Source: Myxococcota bacterium (GTDB taxonomy: Bacteria > Myxococcota_A > UBA9160 > UBA4427). Taken from it: a stretch of DNA of 64,000 nucleotides. Where the stretch lies: positions 10,113-74,112 of the forward strand of contig JAYGCV010000128.1 in the NCBI GenBank assembly GCA_046583195.1. Reading direction: 5' to 3'. Both the position numbers and the translations under genes were made by a program. Positions 37,567 to 48,932 of this stretch are shown here, piece after piece. The notes beneath the pieces are model-generated. The model saw only the letters and a program-made list of their open reading frames with translations, was not told the DNA's origin and searched no databases. The first letter of the stretch is position 1; each line of letters opens with the position of its first letter.

Positions 37567-38826
37567 GTGGACCGCATCATCGTGCGCGGAGAAGCGCGAC
37601 TCGAGGGAACGGTTCGCGTCGCGGGCTCGAAGAACGCCACCCTCAGCCTGATGGCCGCGGCGCTGCTCGGACGCGGCGAAACCGTCCTCGAGAATGTTCC
37701 GAAGGTGCGCGATGTCGGGCACATGGTCGATCTGCTGCGGGCCCTCGGCGCAAGCGTGGAGTGGGACGCCGAAGATGATCGCTGCCTGCGGATCGATCCC
37801 GAGAGCGTGGCGACGCCGGAGGCCCCCTACGACCTGGTCCGCAAGATGCGCGCCTCGTTCATGGTGCTCGGGCCGCTTGTCGCGCGCTTTGGTTGCGGAC
37901 GCGTCTCCGAGCCCGGTGGCTGCGCGATCGGCGTGCGCCCGATCGATCAGCACCTGAAGGGCCTCGCAGCCCTCGGCGCGAAGATCCGCCTGGACGCGGG
38001 CGTCATCGAGGCCTTCGGTGCGCGACTCTGCGGGACGCGGATCCACTTCGACATCACGACGGTCAACGGCACCCAGAACGTGATGATGGCTGCGACCCTG
38101 GCCCAGGGAGAGACGATTCTCGACAATGCGGCACGCGAGCCCGAGGTGGTCGAACTCGCAGAGATGCTCTGCCGCATGGGTGCGCGGATTTCGGGTGCCG
38201 GTAGCGACCGTATCGTGATTCGCGGCGTATCCGACCTCCGCGGGGTGAGGCACGAAATTTCGGGCGACCGCATCGAGGCCGGAACCCTGCTCGCCGCCGG
38301 CATGATCACCCGCGGCGCGGTACGGGTCGAGGGGATCGATCCCACCAGCATGGATTCGATGGTCGAGAAGATGCGAGAGACGGGTGCTGCGATCGAAGTC
38401 GAAACGGACGCGATCTCGGTCGTGTCCCAGGGCGCGTCTCGGCCGATCCGCGTGGTGACGGCCCCCTACCCGGGGTTTCCCACCGACATGCAGGCGCAGT
38501 TGACCGCGGTTCTCTGCGTCGGAGAGTCTTCGAGTGTCGTGACCGAGACGATTTTCGAGAATCGCTTCATGCATATTCCCGAACTCGTGCGGATGGGTGC
38601 GGATATTTCCCTCGACGGACGCTCGGCCCACGTGCGTGGGCGCCCCTTCCTCACCGCCGCCCCGGTGATGGCAACGGATTTGCGCGCTTCGGCATCGCTG
38701 ATCCTGGCGGCCCTCGCGGCACGCGGCGAAACGGCCATCAGCCGCGTTTATCACATCGACCGCGGCTACGAGCGGATCGAAGAGAAGCTTGCGAGCCTCG
38801 GCGCCGAGATTCGGCGAGAGACCTGA
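37567..38826 (+). CDS. murA: UDP-N-acetylglucosamine 1-carboxyvinyltransferase
   Basis: 419 aa with GSKNATL, the active-site Cys region (PGGCAIGVRPID), and GFPTDMQAQ. Confidence 0.95.
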   Translation: MDRIIVRGEARLEGTVRVAGSKNATLSLMAAALLGRGETVLENVPKVRDVGHMVDLLRALGASVEWDAEDDRCLRIDPESVATPEAPYDLVRKMRASFMVLGPLVARFGCGRVSEPGGCAIGVRPIDQHLKGLAALGAKIRLDAGVIEAFGARLCGTRIHFDITTVNGTQNVMMAATLAQGETILDNAAREPEVVELAEMLCRMGARISGAGSDRIVIRGVSDLRGVRHEISGDRIEAGTLLAAGMITRGAVRVEGIDPTSMDSMVEKMRETGAAIEVETDAISVVSQGASRPIRVVTAPYPGFPTDMQAQLTAVLCVGESSSVVTETIFENRFMHIPELVRMGADISLDGRSAHVRGRPFLTAAPVMATDLRASASLILAALAARGETAISRVYHIDRGYERIEEKLASLGAEIRRET

Positions 38827-38830
38827 GCCG

Positions 38831-40201
38831 ATGGCCGCGCGCAGTGCATCGGAGCCCTTGAGGGTTCTCAGAACCCGGGACGAGGGTTTCGCGAAAGTCT
38901 GGACGAAGATCCGCCAGCGCCGCGAGGACAGCGTCGAGGACGTTTCGGAGGCTGCGGCGGCGATCATCGCGAGAGTGCGTCGCGGCGGCGACTCCGAGCT
39001 GCGTGCCTGCATCAAAGAATTTGACGGCGCATCGCTGGATGCCATCGAAGTATCCCCCGCCGAGTGGGATGCGGCCTGCGACGCGGTGGATCCCGCCGAT
39101 CGTGCCGCGCTCGGAAAGGCGGCGATGCGGGTGCGCGACTTCCACAAGAAGCGCATCGCATCGAGTTGGGAGGTGCGCGAAGAGGGGGGTGCGACCCTCG
39201 GGCAGAGGGTCCGTCCGCTCGAGCGAGCGGGTCTCTACGTACCCGGCGGCAAGGCCTTCTATCCCTCTTCGGTGATCATGAACGCGGTCCCGGCTTCGGT
39301 GGTGGAAGTTCCCGAGATCACGATGGCTTCGCCGCCCGGTCCCGATGGCTGCCTGCGGCCCGAGGTGCTGATGGCCGCTCGTCTCGCGGGGGTGCACCGG
39401 GTCTTTAAGATGGGCGGGGCCCACGCGGTGGCGGCTCTCGCCTACGGCACGCAAAGCGTGCCGAAGGTCGACAAGATCGTCGGGCCGGGAAGCGTGTGGG
39501 TCGCTGCGGCGAAGCGGCTGGTCTACGGCGAGGTCGGGATCGACGCGGAAGCCGGCCCCACCGAAGTCTGCATTGTCGCCGATTCGAGTGCGACACCGGC
39601 CTGGCTGGCCGCCGACCTGATCTCGCAGGCCGAACACGACGAACTCGCCCAGTCCATCCTGATCACCCACTTGAAGGGCCTTGCTTCGAAGGTGTCCGCG
39701 GAGTTGACGAAGCAGCTCCGGGTGCTCGAACGGAAAGCCATCGCCGAGATCTCGTTGCGTCGGCGCGGCGCGATCGTGTTGACGCGGAATCTCGCGGAGT
39801 CGATCGCTCTCGCGAACGAATACGCCGCCGAGCACCTGGTACTGGCGGTGGACGACCCGGATGCCGCCCTGGCCCTTGTCACCAACGCAGGGGCGGTCTT
39901 CCTGGGCCACTATACGCCGGTTGCGGTGGGGGACTATCTCGCTGGCCCGAATCACGTGCTACCCACCGGCGGGACCGCGCGTTTCTTCTCGCCCCTGGGC
40001 GTGGAGGACTTCCTGAAGCGAACCTCGGTGGTGCGCTTCGAAGCATCGAAGCTGAAGGAGTTGGGGAGCGACGTGATTCGGCTGTCCGAGATCGAGGGTC
40101 TCGGGGGTCATGGTCGCTCGGTCGCGCTGCGGCTGGAGAAAATCCGGCGCCAGCGGCGTGAACGCGACGCGGAGCGCGGAAAGGACGAGTCGGAACTCTG
40201 A
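38831..40201 (+). CDS. hisD: histidinol dehydrogenase
   Basis: Motifs YVPGGKAFYPSSVIMNAVPA, ISQAEHD, and GDYLAGPNHVLPTGG. ATG at 38831 just after the murA stop. Confidence 0.93.
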   Translation: MAARSASEPLRVLRTRDEGFAKVWTKIRQRREDSVEDVSEAAAAIIARVRRGGDSELRACIKEFDGASLDAIEVSPAEWDAACDAVDPADRAALGKAAMRVRDFHKKRIASSWEVREEGGATLGQRVRPLERAGLYVPGGKAFYPSSVIMNAVPASVVEVPEITMASPPGPDGCLRPEVLMAARLAGVHRVFKMGGAHAVAALAYGTQSVPKVDKIVGPGSVWVAAAKRLVYGEVGIDAEAGPTEVCIVADSSATPAWLAADLISQAEHDELAQSILITHLKGLASKVSAELTKQLRVLERKAIAEISLRRRGAIVLTRNLAESIALANEYAAEHLVLAVDDPDAALALVTNAGAVFLGHYTPVAVGDYLAGPNHVLPTGGTARFFSPLGVEDFLKRTSVVRFEASKLKELGSDVIRLSEIEGLGGHGRSVALRLEKIRRQRRERDAERGKDESEL

Positions 40202-40227
40202 GTGGATCGAGCCGGCGGGGGGAGAGC

Positions 40228-40842
40228 ATGAGCGAAAACGACCAGAACAGCTTTAGCAAGCGCAGTGCTTCGATCGAACGGAATACGAAGGAGACCCAGA
40301 TCCAGATCGATCTGGATCTCGACGGTCGCGGCGACTATGCGATCGACACCGGCATCCCCTTCTTCGATCACATGCTCGAATCGTTTGCGCGGCATGGCCT
40401 CTTTGATCTGCGGATCAAGGCTCGAGGCGATCTAGACGTCGATACCCACCACACCGTGGAAGACGTGGGCATTGTCCTGGGGATGGCCCTTCGCAAAGCA
40501 CTCGGCAGCGCCGCGGGCATTCGCCGATTTGGCCAGTGCACCCTTCCGATGGCCGAATCGAAGGTCGACGTGGCGGTGGACGTGTCGAACCGTCCCTTCC
40601 TGGTCTACCGCGTCGAGTTGGTAAACGACCGAATCGGAAACTTCGATGCGACGTTGACTGAAGATTTTTTGCAGGCGCTGTCCCAGAACGCCGGACTCGA
40701 CCTGCACATCGAGCAGCGCTACGGACGCAATCCGCACCACCTCGTCGAGGCGGTTTTCAAGGGGCTTGCGCGCGCACTTCGGCTTGCCCTTGAGCGGGAT
40801 CCCCGACAGACGGGACTTCCGACGGTCAAGGGAGCCCTCTGA
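40228..40842 (+). CDS. hisB: imidazoleglycerol-phosphate dehydratase
   Basis: Motifs [47 protein letters not shown]. Confidence 0.95.
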   Translation: MSENDQNSFSKRSASIERNTKETQIQIDLDLDGRGDYAIDTGIPFFDHMLESFARHGLFDLRIKARGDLDVDTHHTVEDVGIVLGMALRKALGSAAGIRRFGQCTLPMAESKVDVAVDVSNRPFLVYRVELVNDRIGNFDATLTEDFLQALSQNAGLDLHIEQRYGRNPHHLVEAVFKGLARALRLALERDPRQTGLPTVKGAL

Positions 40843-40852
40843 GGAACGACCG

Positions 40853-41500
40853 ATGGCCACCCCCCCGACGATCGCGATCGTCGACTACGGAGCCGGCAAT
40901 CTCCGGAGCGTCGCGCGGGCCCTCGAGCGCTCGCAGTTGCGCCCGCAGGTCACCAGCACGCCCCGGGAAGTCGTTGCGGCGGACGGCGTCGTGCTGCCCG
41001 GTGTCGGGGCCTTTCGCGACGCGATCTTGCGCCTGGAAAAGGCGGGCCTCGACGATGCTCTCCGAGAAGTTCTTGGGCGCGGCCGTCCCTACCTTGGGCT
41101 GTGCCTGGGGCTGCAGGTGCTCTTCGACGAAAGCGATGAACACGGGCAGACTGCGGGCCTGGGTGTTCTCGCGGGTCGCGTGGAGCGCTTCCCCGACACC
41201 GACTCTGCGGGAGCACGTCTGCGCGTCCCGCAAATCGGCTGGAACGAAGTCCACTTCGAGGGCGACCACCCAATGCTCGCGGGGCTTCCCGAGCGCGATT
41301 ACTTCTATTTCGTCCATTCCTACCGAGCGGTTCCCAGCGACCCGTCGTGTGTCGTCGGCACCGCGAACCACGGGGGAGACTTCACCGCGGCGGTCGCCAC
41401 CGAAGGACTTTTCGCGGTTCAATTCCACCCCGAGAAGAGCCAGGCCGCTGGGCGCCGCCTGCTCGATGCCTTCCGGGACTGGGTGGAGGCACGCCGATGA
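40853..41500 (+). CDS. hisH: imidazole glycerol phosphate synthase, glutamine amidotransferase subunit
   Basis: Motifs [23 protein letters not shown] (catalytic Cys), FHPEKS. Confidence 0.93.
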   Translation: MATPPTIAIVDYGAGNLRSVARALERSQLRPQVTSTPREVVAADGVVLPGVGAFRDAILRLEKAGLDDALREVLGRGRPYLGLCLGLQVLFDESDEHGQTAGLGVLAGRVERFPDTDSAGARLRVPQIGWNEVHFEGDHPMLAGLPERDYFYFVHSYRAVPSDPSCVVGTANHGGDFTAAVATEGLFAVQFHPEKSQAAGRRLLDAFRDWVEARR

Positions 41501-42249
41501 CCCCGCGCGGAGAAAAAATGTTCGAGGTCATCCCCGCCATCGATCTTCTCGACGGCCGCTGCGTGCGACTCTCCCAGGGGCGTTACGACCAGGCCACGGT
41601 CTACGACGCCGACCCGGTCGCCGTGGCCGAGCGATTCGTCGCGGAGCCGATCCGGCGCCTCCACGTGGTCGATCTCGACGGTGCCCGGGCAGGGCGGCCG
41701 ATCAATTCGGAAATTGTCGCGAAGATCGTGACGGCGGCGAAGGGAGTGCCGGTCCAACTCGGGGGGGGGCTCCGCGACGCGAATGCCGTCGAAGCGGCTC
41801 TCGGGCTGGGAATCGATCGCGCGATCCTCGGGACCGTCGCGCTGCGCGACCCCGCCTTCGTTCGCGAGGTCGCGGCACGCTTTCCGGGACGGATTGCGGT
41901 CGGCCTCGACGCACGCGAGGGGAGGGTGGCGGTGGAAGGTTGGCTCGAAGCCAGCGATGCCCTCGCGCTGGACGTCGCACGCAGCTTCGAGGATGCCGGG
42001 GTGGCGGCGATCATCTACACCGACATCGCGCGCGATGGGATGCTGACCGGACCCAACCTCGAAGCCACCATCGAACTCGCCGAAGCGGTTTCGGTCCCGG
42101 TGATCGCCTCGGGCGGTGTTGCCTGCGAGGGCGACATCGAGAAGAGCGCGGGCCTTGCCAGCCGCGGGCTGGCAGGAGTGATCGTCGGGCGAGCCCTTTA
42201 TACCGGTGCGGTTCAGTTGCCGCGCGCGCTGGAGATCGCGGCGTGCTGA
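41497..42249 (+). CDS. hisA: 1-(5-phosphoribosyl)-5-[(5-phosphoribosylamino)methylideneamino]imidazole-4-carboxamide isomerase
   Basis: Motifs [33 protein letters not shown]. The ATG at 41497 overlaps the hisH stop (ATGA); an alternative ATG is at 41518. Confidence 0.92.
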   Translation: MTPRGEKMFEVIPAIDLLDGRCVRLSQGRYDQATVYDADPVAVAERFVAEPIRRLHVVDLDGARAGRPINSEIVAKIVTAAKGVPVQLGGGLRDANAVEAALGLGIDRAILGTVALRDPAFVREVAARFPGRIAVGLDAREGRVAVEGWLEASDALALDVARSFEDAGVAAIIYTDIARDGMLTGPNLEATIELAEAVSVPVIASGGVACEGDIEKSAGLASRGLAGVIVGRALYTGAVQLPRALEIAAC

Positions 42250-43058
42250 CCAAGCGCATCATTCCCTGCCTCGACGTGAATGCAGGACGCGTGGTGAAGG
42301 GCGTCCGCTATGTCGACCACGTCGATGCGGGCGATCCGGTCGAGGTGGCCCAGCACTACGACGCGCAGGAGGCGGACGAGATCATCTTTCTCGATATCAC
42401 CGCGAGTTCGGACGAACGGCGGATCCTGCTCGACGTCGTGACGCGCACGGCCGAAACCGTGTTCATGCCGCTCACCGTGGGCGGTGGCGTGCGCTCGCTC
42501 GACGACGTTCGCGACTTGCTCAACGCGGGGGCGGACAAGGTCTCGATCATGACCGCTGCGGTCGAGAACCCCGACCTGGTGGCCGAGGCGGCGATCCGGA
42601 TCGGCAGTGCCAACCTGGTCGTGGCGATCGACGCCCGCCGCGTCGATGGCGATGCGGCCGAGCCGCGTTTCGAGGTCTACACCCACGGAGGGCGCCGGCC
42701 CACGGGGATCGACGCGGTCGAGTGGGCGGGGAAGATGGCCGAGGCCGGTGCCGGCGAGATCCTGCTCACGAGCATGGACCGCGACGGAACCAAGAGTGGC
42801 TACGACCTCGAATTGCTGAGGGCGACCGCCGCGCGGGTATCGATTCCGGTGATCGCATCAGGGGGCGGTGGCAGTGCCGCAGACCTGGCGGCGGCGCTCT
42901 CGGAAGGGCCGGAGGGGGGCCACGCCCAGGCCGCGTTGGCGGCCTCGATCTTCCACTTTGGGGAGGTCAGCGTCGGCGAGGTGAAACGCGACCTCCTTTC
43001 CCGCGGGATCGCAGTGCGTCCCCCGAGCCCCGAGGCCGCGGGAGCGCTGATTTCTTGA
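42243..43058 (+). CDS. hisF: imidazole glycerol phosphate synthase, cyclase subunit
   Basis: The GTG at 42243 gives (M)[11 protein letters not shown]. Motifs: [40 protein letters not shown]. Confidence 0.93.
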   Translation: MLTKRIIPCLDVNAGRVVKGVRYVDHVDAGDPVEVAQHYDAQEADEIIFLDITASSDERRILLDVVTRTAETVFMPLTVGGGVRSLDDVRDLLNAGADKVSIMTAAVENPDLVAEAAIRIGSANLVVAIDARRVDGDAAEPRFEVYTHGGRRPTGIDAVEWAGKMAEAGAGEILLTSMDRDGTKSGYDLELLRATAARVSIPVIASGGGGSAADLAAALSEGPEGGHAQAALAASIFHFGEVSVGEVKRDLLSRGIAVRPPSPEAAGALIS

Positions 43059-43425
43059 TGCGAAAGAGCCCCTGCGCTAGCTTAGGGAGCTAGGCGCGAA
43101 AACAGGTTTTCGCTTGGAATTCCGGGGCTCTGCAGGCGATCTGCGTTGCGCAAAGGCCGTTCCGAACGGCCCAATTGAGAAATTGAGAGGATGCTGAGAG
43201 CCCGGATCCGGGCGGGGCGAGCCGCTGAGCTGCGCCACCCCGCGACGCCCAGAACCAGTCCGTCGGATCGGTTCGCGGTGCCGACGACACACAATTGGGA
43301 AGTGACACCCCCGCGCTGGCGGGCGTCCCCAGGACCCGAGTCCCAAGCGTAAGCCCGGCGCTGTTTCGCGCCCCACCAAGAACCCGTCGATCAGAAGAAT
43401 CGAAGACAGAGAAGAAGAGGTTTCG

Positions 43426-43623
43426 ATGCCGGTCATCAAGGTCAAGGACAACGAGTCGTTCGAGCAGGCGATGAAGCGATTCAAGAAGACCTGCGAGAAG
43501 GCCGGGATCCTCACCGAACTCCGCCGCCGCGAGTACTACGACAAGCCCAGCATTCGCCTGAAGAAGAAAGCTGCGGCCGCACGCAAGCGCGCTCTCAAGA
43601 AGATGCGCCGAATGTCCCGATGA
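43426..43623 (+). CDS. rpsU: 30S ribosomal protein S21
   Basis: [42 protein letters not shown], at the head of the rpsU-dnaG-rpoD arrangement. Confidence 0.95.
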   Translation: MPVIKVKDNESFEQAMKRFKKTCEKAGILTELRRREYYDKPSIRLKKKAAAARKRALKKMRRMSR

Positions 43624-43665
43624 ACTTCTCGCTCCGTTAGCGAGACCCTGGTAGCCGGGGGGAAG

Positions 43666-45480
43666 ATGGCCCGTATCCCCGAAGAGACGATCCGCGAGAT
43701 CCGTGACCGGATCGACATCGTGAGCCTCATCGGGCGCTACGTCGACCTGAGACAGAACGGTCGCAGCCATAAGGGCCTGTGTCCGTTTCACGAGGAGAAG
43801 ACCGCCTCGTTCACGGTCGACGGGGAGAACGGTGTCTACTACTGCCACGGGGCGTGCAAGGAGGGCGGCGACGCCTTCGGCTTCCTCGCGCAGAAAGAGA
43901 ACCTCAATTTCCCCGAAGCCGTGCGCCAGCTTGCACGCGAAGTCGGCGTCGACATCCCGGAAGACCGGGGCGATGGCGAAGACCGGATCTCTCCCCTGGT
44001 AGCGGCCAACGAGCTCGCCCAGCGTTTCTTCCGGGCACAGCTCGATCGCCCGGAGGGCGAAGCGGCTCGCCGCTACCTGGCTTCGCGTGGCATCGACGCC
44101 GAGACGATCGAGAGCGTCGGGATCGGTTTTGCGCCGGATCGCTGGGATGCGCTTTCGGGAGCGTTGCGGGCGCGCGGCATCGCCGACGACATTGGCCAGA
44201 GCGCGGGGCTTCTGGTGCCGCCGAAGCAGGAAGGGCGCGGCGCCTACGACCGCTTTCGCGGTCGCGTCACTTTCCCGATCCTCGACGTGGGCCGTCGACC
44301 GATCGGTTTTGGCGCGCGTGCCCTCGAGAAGGACCAGCAGCCGAAGTACCTGAACACCCCGGAGACGCCCCTGTTCCGGAAACGGAAAGTTTTCTACGGG
44401 CTCCCCGACGCACTCTCGGCGATTCGCAAAAGCGGGCGTGCGATCCTCTGCGAGGGTTACTTCGATCGCATTGCGTTGGCGCGAGCGGGCATGGCAGAAG
44501 GGCTCGCAACCTGCGGTACCGCCCTCACCGAGGACCACGCCAACGAGTTGCGTCGGCGTCGGGTAAAGGATGTAGTGCTGCTCTTTGACGGGGATGCCGC
44601 CGGACACAAAGCCCTCGAGCGCTCGCTCGAGGTATTGCTGCCGAAGGGCCTGCGTGTGCGCGCGGTTTCGCTGCCGCCCGGTCACGATCCGGATTCGTTT
44701 CTCGAGGAGGCGGGTGCCGAGGCCCTCTGCGAAGTGGTCGATTCGGCTCCCGACGCCATTGAGAACCTCGTCCAGGCAGCCGTGAGCGCGGGCGTGGCTT
44801 CTCCCGCCGAGAAGGCCGATCGGGTCGATCACCTGGCGCGCTTCGTCGTGCTCGTCCCGAACCCGGTCGAACGGGACGACTACGTCGCGAAGGTGGCTGC
44901 GGCACTCGGCGCTCGGATCGAATCGGTCGAGAAAGTCGTATGGAGCACCCGCCGGGGTGCGCGTTCCACCGACGCCCGGGCCCCCGGCGAGAGCGATCTC
45001 GAGGCGCCGCGGATCACTGGTCGTGATCGCGAGCACGGGTTGCGTATCATCGCTCTCGTGGCAAGGCACCCCGAGATCCTCGGCACCGCCGAGCGCGCAC
45101 GACTGAAGGCCACCTTCCCGGACGGCGATCTGGCGATCCTCTTCTCGCGCCTCTTCGAAGGGCCGGTGCGGGCGGCGTCCGATGGCACGAGCGAAATCGA
45201 CTGGACGGGTTTCGACGAAGCTGGAGCCGTCCCGAACCAGATGCTTCTCGAGGCGCTGACCCAGGACGCTTCGGCGGTGGATCCCGAAATCTCGCCGAGC
45301 GAAGAGTTGGCGAAGCGTCTCGATTGGTTCGATCGGAAGCGCCAGCGCGACGAGAGCGGCGAGCTGACCCGGAAACTTCGAGATCCCGAGGCCGATGCCG
45401 AAGCGGTACTGGCCGAGAAGCAGCGATTGATCGAGGACCGCCGCGCCGCACAGCGCAGCAACCCGGGAGCGCTGGCCTAG
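43666..45480 (+). CDS. dnaG: DNA primase
   Basis: Zinc-binding [13 protein letters not shown]...YYCHGC-like motif and a TOPRIM region ([18 protein letters not shown]). Confidence 0.95.
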   Translation: MARIPEETIREIRDRIDIVSLIGRYVDLRQNGRSHKGLCPFHEEKTASFTVDGENGVYYCHGACKEGGDAFGFLAQKENLNFPEAVRQLAREVGVDIPEDRGDGEDRISPLVAANELAQRFFRAQLDRPEGEAARRYLASRGIDAETIESVGIGFAPDRWDALSGALRARGIADDIGQSAGLLVPPKQEGRGAYDRFRGRVTFPILDVGRRPIGFGARALEKDQQPKYLNTPETPLFRKRKVFYGLPDALSAIRKSGRAILCEGYFDRIALARAGMAEGLATCGTALTEDHANELRRRRVKDVVLLFDGDAAGHKALERSLEVLLPKGLRVRAVSLPPGHDPDSFLEEAGAEALCEVVDSAPDAIENLVQAAVSAGVASPAEKADRVDHLARFVVLVPNPVERDDYVAKVAAALGARIESVEKVVWSTRRGARSTDARAPGESDLEAPRITGRDREHGLRIIALVARHPEILGTAERARLKATFPDGDLAILFSRLFEGPVRAASDGTSEIDWTGFDEAGAVPNQMLLEALTQDASAVDPEISPSEELAKRLDWFDRKRQRDESGELTRKLRDPEADAEAVLAEKQRLIEDRRAAQRSNPGALA

Positions 45481-45545
45481 GAAAGTTGTCAGAGTCAACC
45501 GAGGTCGCACAGCCGTGTGCGGACCTCGAAGAGGAGATCCCCCCC

Positions 45546-47378
45546 ATGTCCCCCAACGCGCCGTACCCGCAGGGTTCCGAGGACAATGTTTACTCGCTAG
45601 ACGAGCATCGCGCCGACGAATCGTCGGAAGCGGCCGCATCGGAAGAAGCCGCCGAGCGCGGACTCGCGGCCGGCACCGACGCCCTGCTCGATTCCGAGGG
45701 CTTTCGGAAATTCACGGAAGAGGCCATGCGTAGGGGCGAAGTCTCTCTCGCTTCCCTGCGTGCGCGGATTCGAAAATCCGGAGCGGATGCTCGAAGCGCG
45801 GTCGGTCTAGCGGCAGCCCTCGAGGAGCGCGGGGTCTCGGTGATCGATGTCGAGCCGGCGCGCCGGGCAGTGCGGCGGGAGGCCGCCGACGAGAAGGTCC
45901 GCAGTGTCGACCCGGTCAGGGCCTACCTGCGCGAGATGGGCCAGGTTTCGTTGCTGACCCGCGAGGGAGAGGTCGATCTCGCGAAGCGCATCGAGTCCGG
46001 TCTCCACGATCGCTATCGCGCCGTGATGACAACGCCCTTCGGGATCGCTCGGGTCCTGGAGATCGGCGCACTCTTTTGTTCGGGAGAAATCGTGCTCCGG
46101 AAGATCGTCGACGGTTCCGACGACGAGAGCGCCCCCCCTCGCGAGGCGATCGCCGAACGTCTGCAGCAGGGGCTCGTGCGGCTTGCGGCCATCGAGGCGC
46201 TGGTCGGGCGAAAGCAGAACTCGAAGCACAATCCGCGGACCAAGGTGGCTACGTGCGAGCGCCTGGCAGACGAGATCAAGGCGCTCCAGAGGGAAGCTTT
46301 CGAGGTGCTGCTCGCTGTGCGCTTCGCCCGGTCCCGGATGGAAGACATCCTCGAGGCCTACGACGAACTCGGATCCGAGTTTTCGGCGCTGCAGGCCCGG
46401 ATGCAGTCGGTTTCGCGGCGCTTCGGGCTGCGACCCGCGGAGTTCGAGGAGGCGGCGCTGCTCTCGACCCGACGCAGCCAGCGTGGACGCACGGCGCTTC
46501 GCGAACTCGGGGCAGATGCCGGGCGAATCGCCGCAGCCCGGGACGAACTCGCCGAGTATCGGCGCGTCGTCGACAAGCTCGAGTCTGCAATCCGGATGAC
46601 CCGGGATGGCGTTTTCGAAGTACGCGCGCGCGTTGCCGAGGCGGGGCAGCGCTACGAGCAGGCGAAGAGCGAGCTGATCGAGGCGAATCTTCGGCTCGTG
46701 GTGTCGATCGCCAAGCGCTACACGAATCGCGGCCTCCAGTTCCTCGATCTGATCCAGGAAGGGAACATTGGCCTGATGAAGGCCGTCGATAAGTTCGAAT
46801 ACCAGCGCGGCTACAAGTTCTCGACCTACGCCACCTGGTGGATCCGGCAGGCCATCACCCGCGCCATCGCAGACCAGGCGCGCACGATCCGCGTTCCGGT
46901 CCACATGATCGAGACCATCAACCGCCTGGTTCGGGCGACCCGCCACCTGGTGCAGGTGCTCGGTCGCGAACCCACCGGCGAGGAGCTCTCGGAGCGTCTC
47001 GAACTCCCCCTGGACAAGGTGCGGACCGTGCTGAAGATCGTAAAGGAACCCATCAGCCTCGAAACGCCCGTGGGCGACGAAGAAGACAGCCAACTGGGCG
47101 ACTTCATCGAGGATCCGACGGCAGTCGACCCGCAAAAGGAGGTGATCCGCCATAGCCTTGCGGAGCAGACGCGCGAGGCGCTTGCGACGCTGGCGCCGCG
47201 CGAGGCGAAGGTGCTGCGGATGCGTTTTGGGATCGGCGAACGCTCGAACCACACCCTCGAGGAGGTCGGACGCGATTTCGACGTGACGCGCGAACGCATT
47301 CGTCAGATCGAGGCAAAGGCGCTGCGAAAGCTCCGCCACCCGAGCCGCAGCCGTACGCTGAAGGCGTTCCTCGACTAG
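45546..47378 (+). CDS. rpoD: RNA polymerase sigma factor RpoD
   Basis: Region 2 is [64 protein letters not shown]. Region 4 is [30 protein letters not shown]. The start at ATG 45546 is provisional. Confidence 0.93.
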   Translation: MSPNAPYPQGSEDNVYSLDEHRADESSEAAASEEAAERGLAAGTDALLDSEGFRKFTEEAMRRGEVSLASLRARIRKSGADARSAVGLAAALEERGVSVIDVEPARRAVRREAADEKVRSVDPVRAYLREMGQVSLLTREGEVDLAKRIESGLHDRYRAVMTTPFGIARVLEIGALFCSGEIVLRKIVDGSDDESAPPREAIAERLQQGLVRLAAIEALVGRKQNSKHNPRTKVATCERLADEIKALQREAFEVLLAVRFARSRMEDILEAYDELGSEFSALQARMQSVSRRFGLRPAEFEEAALLSTRRSQRGRTALRELGADAGRIAAARDELAEYRRVVDKLESAIRMTRDGVFEVRARVAEAGQRYEQAKSELIEANLRLVVSIAKRYTNRGLQFLDLIQEGNIGLMKAVDKFEYQRGYKFSTYATWWIRQAITRAIADQARTIRVPVHMIETINRLVRATRHLVQVLGREPTGEELSERLELPLDKVRTVLKIVKEPISLETPVGDEEDSQLGDFIEDPTAVDPQKEVIRHSLAEQTREALATLAPREAKVLRMRFGIGERSNHTLEEVGRDFDVTRERIRQIEAKALRKLRHPSRSRTLKAFLD

Positions 47379-47531
47379 CCCGGCCTAGCAGGGACGTTGT
47401 TGCTTTCCCGGGCGGAGCGGGGACGTTGTTTACTTTTCGAGCGATTCAATGCTCCGCAATTCGAGAGCGGGCGCCCTTCTCGAAAAGTAAACAAGTAAAC
47501 AACGTCCCCGCTCCATTCCTGTTAGGCCGGG
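47379..47531. repeat. nested palindromic intergenic element (CGGGGACG-core family); probable bidirectional terminator / MITE-like
   Basis: Outer 9-bp inverted repeat CCCGGCCTA (47379-47387) / TAGGCCGGG (47523-47531). The inner 28-nt arm GGAGCGGGGACGTTGTTTACTTTTCGAG (47414-47441) has its reverse complement at 47479-47514, carrying an 8-nt internal tandem duplication (AAGTAAAC). A degenerate extra arm copy lies at 47388-47412. Confidence 0.85.
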
Positions 47532-48901
47532 GCGTGGCGCTCCATCCAGGCATCGAAGCCATCGAAGCCGACGGCAGACTGGCGAGCCGCGATGCGCTCG
47601 AGTAGCGCGCTGCGCTCGGCGTCGCTGGCTCCCGCGACGCCGCTGGCCGCCTGGGCCACGCGTTCGGTGGCTTCTTCGTCGACGGCCCCGGCCAGGGCTT
47701 CTTCGCCCGCGTGCCCGTCGCCAAGCCCGAGGAATGCCTCGATGGCACCCTGTGAGACACGCGCAGCGTGTTTGCGCGAGGCCACGATGTTGCCCTTCCC
47801 GGTGACGACGTTTCCTACCGAGAAGACCGTCGGCCAGGCTTCGAGACGGCCGACATCCCAGTCGCTGAAGTCGAAGAGTTCGCCCTTCATGTCGATCCCC
47901 GGAATCGCCTCGGGGATGCTGCCGATCGACGAAATCACGCAGGCGCCCCGTCGCTCGAAGACCTCTTCGGTGGTGACGACGCGCCCGTTTTCGATCCGCG
48001 TGCGCCGCAAGCCAAGGCCCACGAGCCGGTCGCCTTCGATGATCGCGGTCTCGGGAGCGCAGAGCGGTTCGAGCGTGAAGCAGAACTTCGCCATCGCTTT
48101 CTCGAGGATCTTGCGGCGGCCCTTGCGGACCTTTGCCGCGCGCTCGGGAGTGGCGCCCTCGGGAATCTCGGAGAGGGGCATGTCCTCGACATCGCGGCGA
48201 TAGAGGATCGTGCAGCCTGCGAGTCCGAGGTCTTCGAAGACGAGGTCGTGGGTGGCGAGAATCTTCGGGATGCCCCTGGTTTCGAGTTCGCCGATCGAGG
48301 CCTCGAGCCCGCGTTCTTTGAGCCGTGCGCGGGTGGTTTCGAGCATCAACACCTTCGCGACGTCAATCGAGGCGAGCCCGCCTCCCACCACGAGCGCGCC
48401 GTCCGGGTAGGCGAAGCGAGGTCCGTCGTAGCCGGGCTCTTCTTCGTGGTTGAAGGCGATGATGAAGGGGTTCTGGTAGACGAGCCCGCGACCCGTGAAG
48501 GCGTCGATGCCGTCGATTGGCAGCGAGCGGTCGCGCCAGGCTCCGTTGGCCAGGACCACCGAGGTAAAGCCCCAGTCGTTCACCAACTCGGCGAAGTCGA
48601 CGTCGCGACCGACCTTCGTGTTCGGCACGAAGTGGACGCCCTCACGCCCGAGTTTCTCGCGAATGGTCGCGTATTCCTTCTTCCGAAGGTTCACATGCCA
48701 GCGTGGCAGGCCGTCTTCGATCTTGCCAAAGGGGCGGGGGTTCTGGTCGAAGACCGCCACCAGGGCACCGCGGTCGGCGAGTCGAGCCGCCACTTCCGCA
48801 CCCGCGGTGGCGCCGCCGATCACGGCGACGCAGGGAGTTTCTTTCGCGGGGATCGGTTCCGACATCGCGGGCATGGTGCCAACTTCGCCCGCGCGCGACA
48901 A
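47522..48901 (-). CDS. FAD/NAD(P)-binding oxidoreductase (ferredoxin-NADP reductase / glutamate-synthase small-subunit-like)
   Basis: Two dinucleotide-binding motifs (VAVIGGATAGAEVA, ALVVGGGLASIDVA) and a C-terminal GNVVTGKGNI. The start could be 48901, 48874 or 48865. Confidence 0.75.
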   Translation of the reverse strand: MSRAGEVGTMPAMSEPIPAKETPCVAVIGGATAGAEVAARLADRGALVAVFDQNPRPFGKIEDGLPRWHVNLRKKEYATIREKLGREGVHFVPNTKVGRDVDFAELVNDWGFTSVVLANGAWRDRSLPIDGIDAFTGRGLVYQNPFIIAFNHEEEPGYDGPRFAYPDGALVVGGGLASIDVAKVLMLETTRARLKERGLEASIGELETRGIPKILATHDLVFEDLGLAGCTILYRRDVEDMPLSEIPEGATPERAAKVRKGRRKILEKAMAKFCFTLEPLCAPETAIIEGDRLVGLGLRRTRIENGRVVTTEEVFERRGACVISSIGSIPEAIPGIDMKGELFDFSDWDVGRLEAWPTVFSVGNVVTGKGNIVASRKHAARVSQGAIEAFLGLGDGHAGEEALAGAVDEEATERVAQAASGVAGASDAERSALLERIAARQSAVGFDGFDAWMERHAPA

Positions 48902-48932
48902 TGCGCCGCGCGCTCGCCTAGACTGTCGGCGC

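Noticed and set aside
36550-39156. Very long minus-strand ORF (868 aa) antisense to prfA/prmC/murA. Similar giants lie at 43090..45639, 45807..47339, 15335..17167, 31415..33064, 33975..35534, 56567..58444, 2170..3609 and 3581..4738 (minus strand), and at 26259..27920, 19486..20688, 24131..25588, 7857..9479 and 47768..49294 (plus strand).
   Set aside because: Each lies exactly opposite a gene with strong family motifs. Their translations are Arg/Ala/Gly/Pro/His-rich with no recognisable motifs, which is the usual shadow-ORF effect of high GC (few stop codons in antisense frames).
40974-43058. 694-aa ORF spanning hisH-hisA-hisF.
   Set aside because: Only the last 271 codons (from GTG 42243) give HisF sequence. 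The upstream part is an out-of-frame read-through of hisH and hisA.
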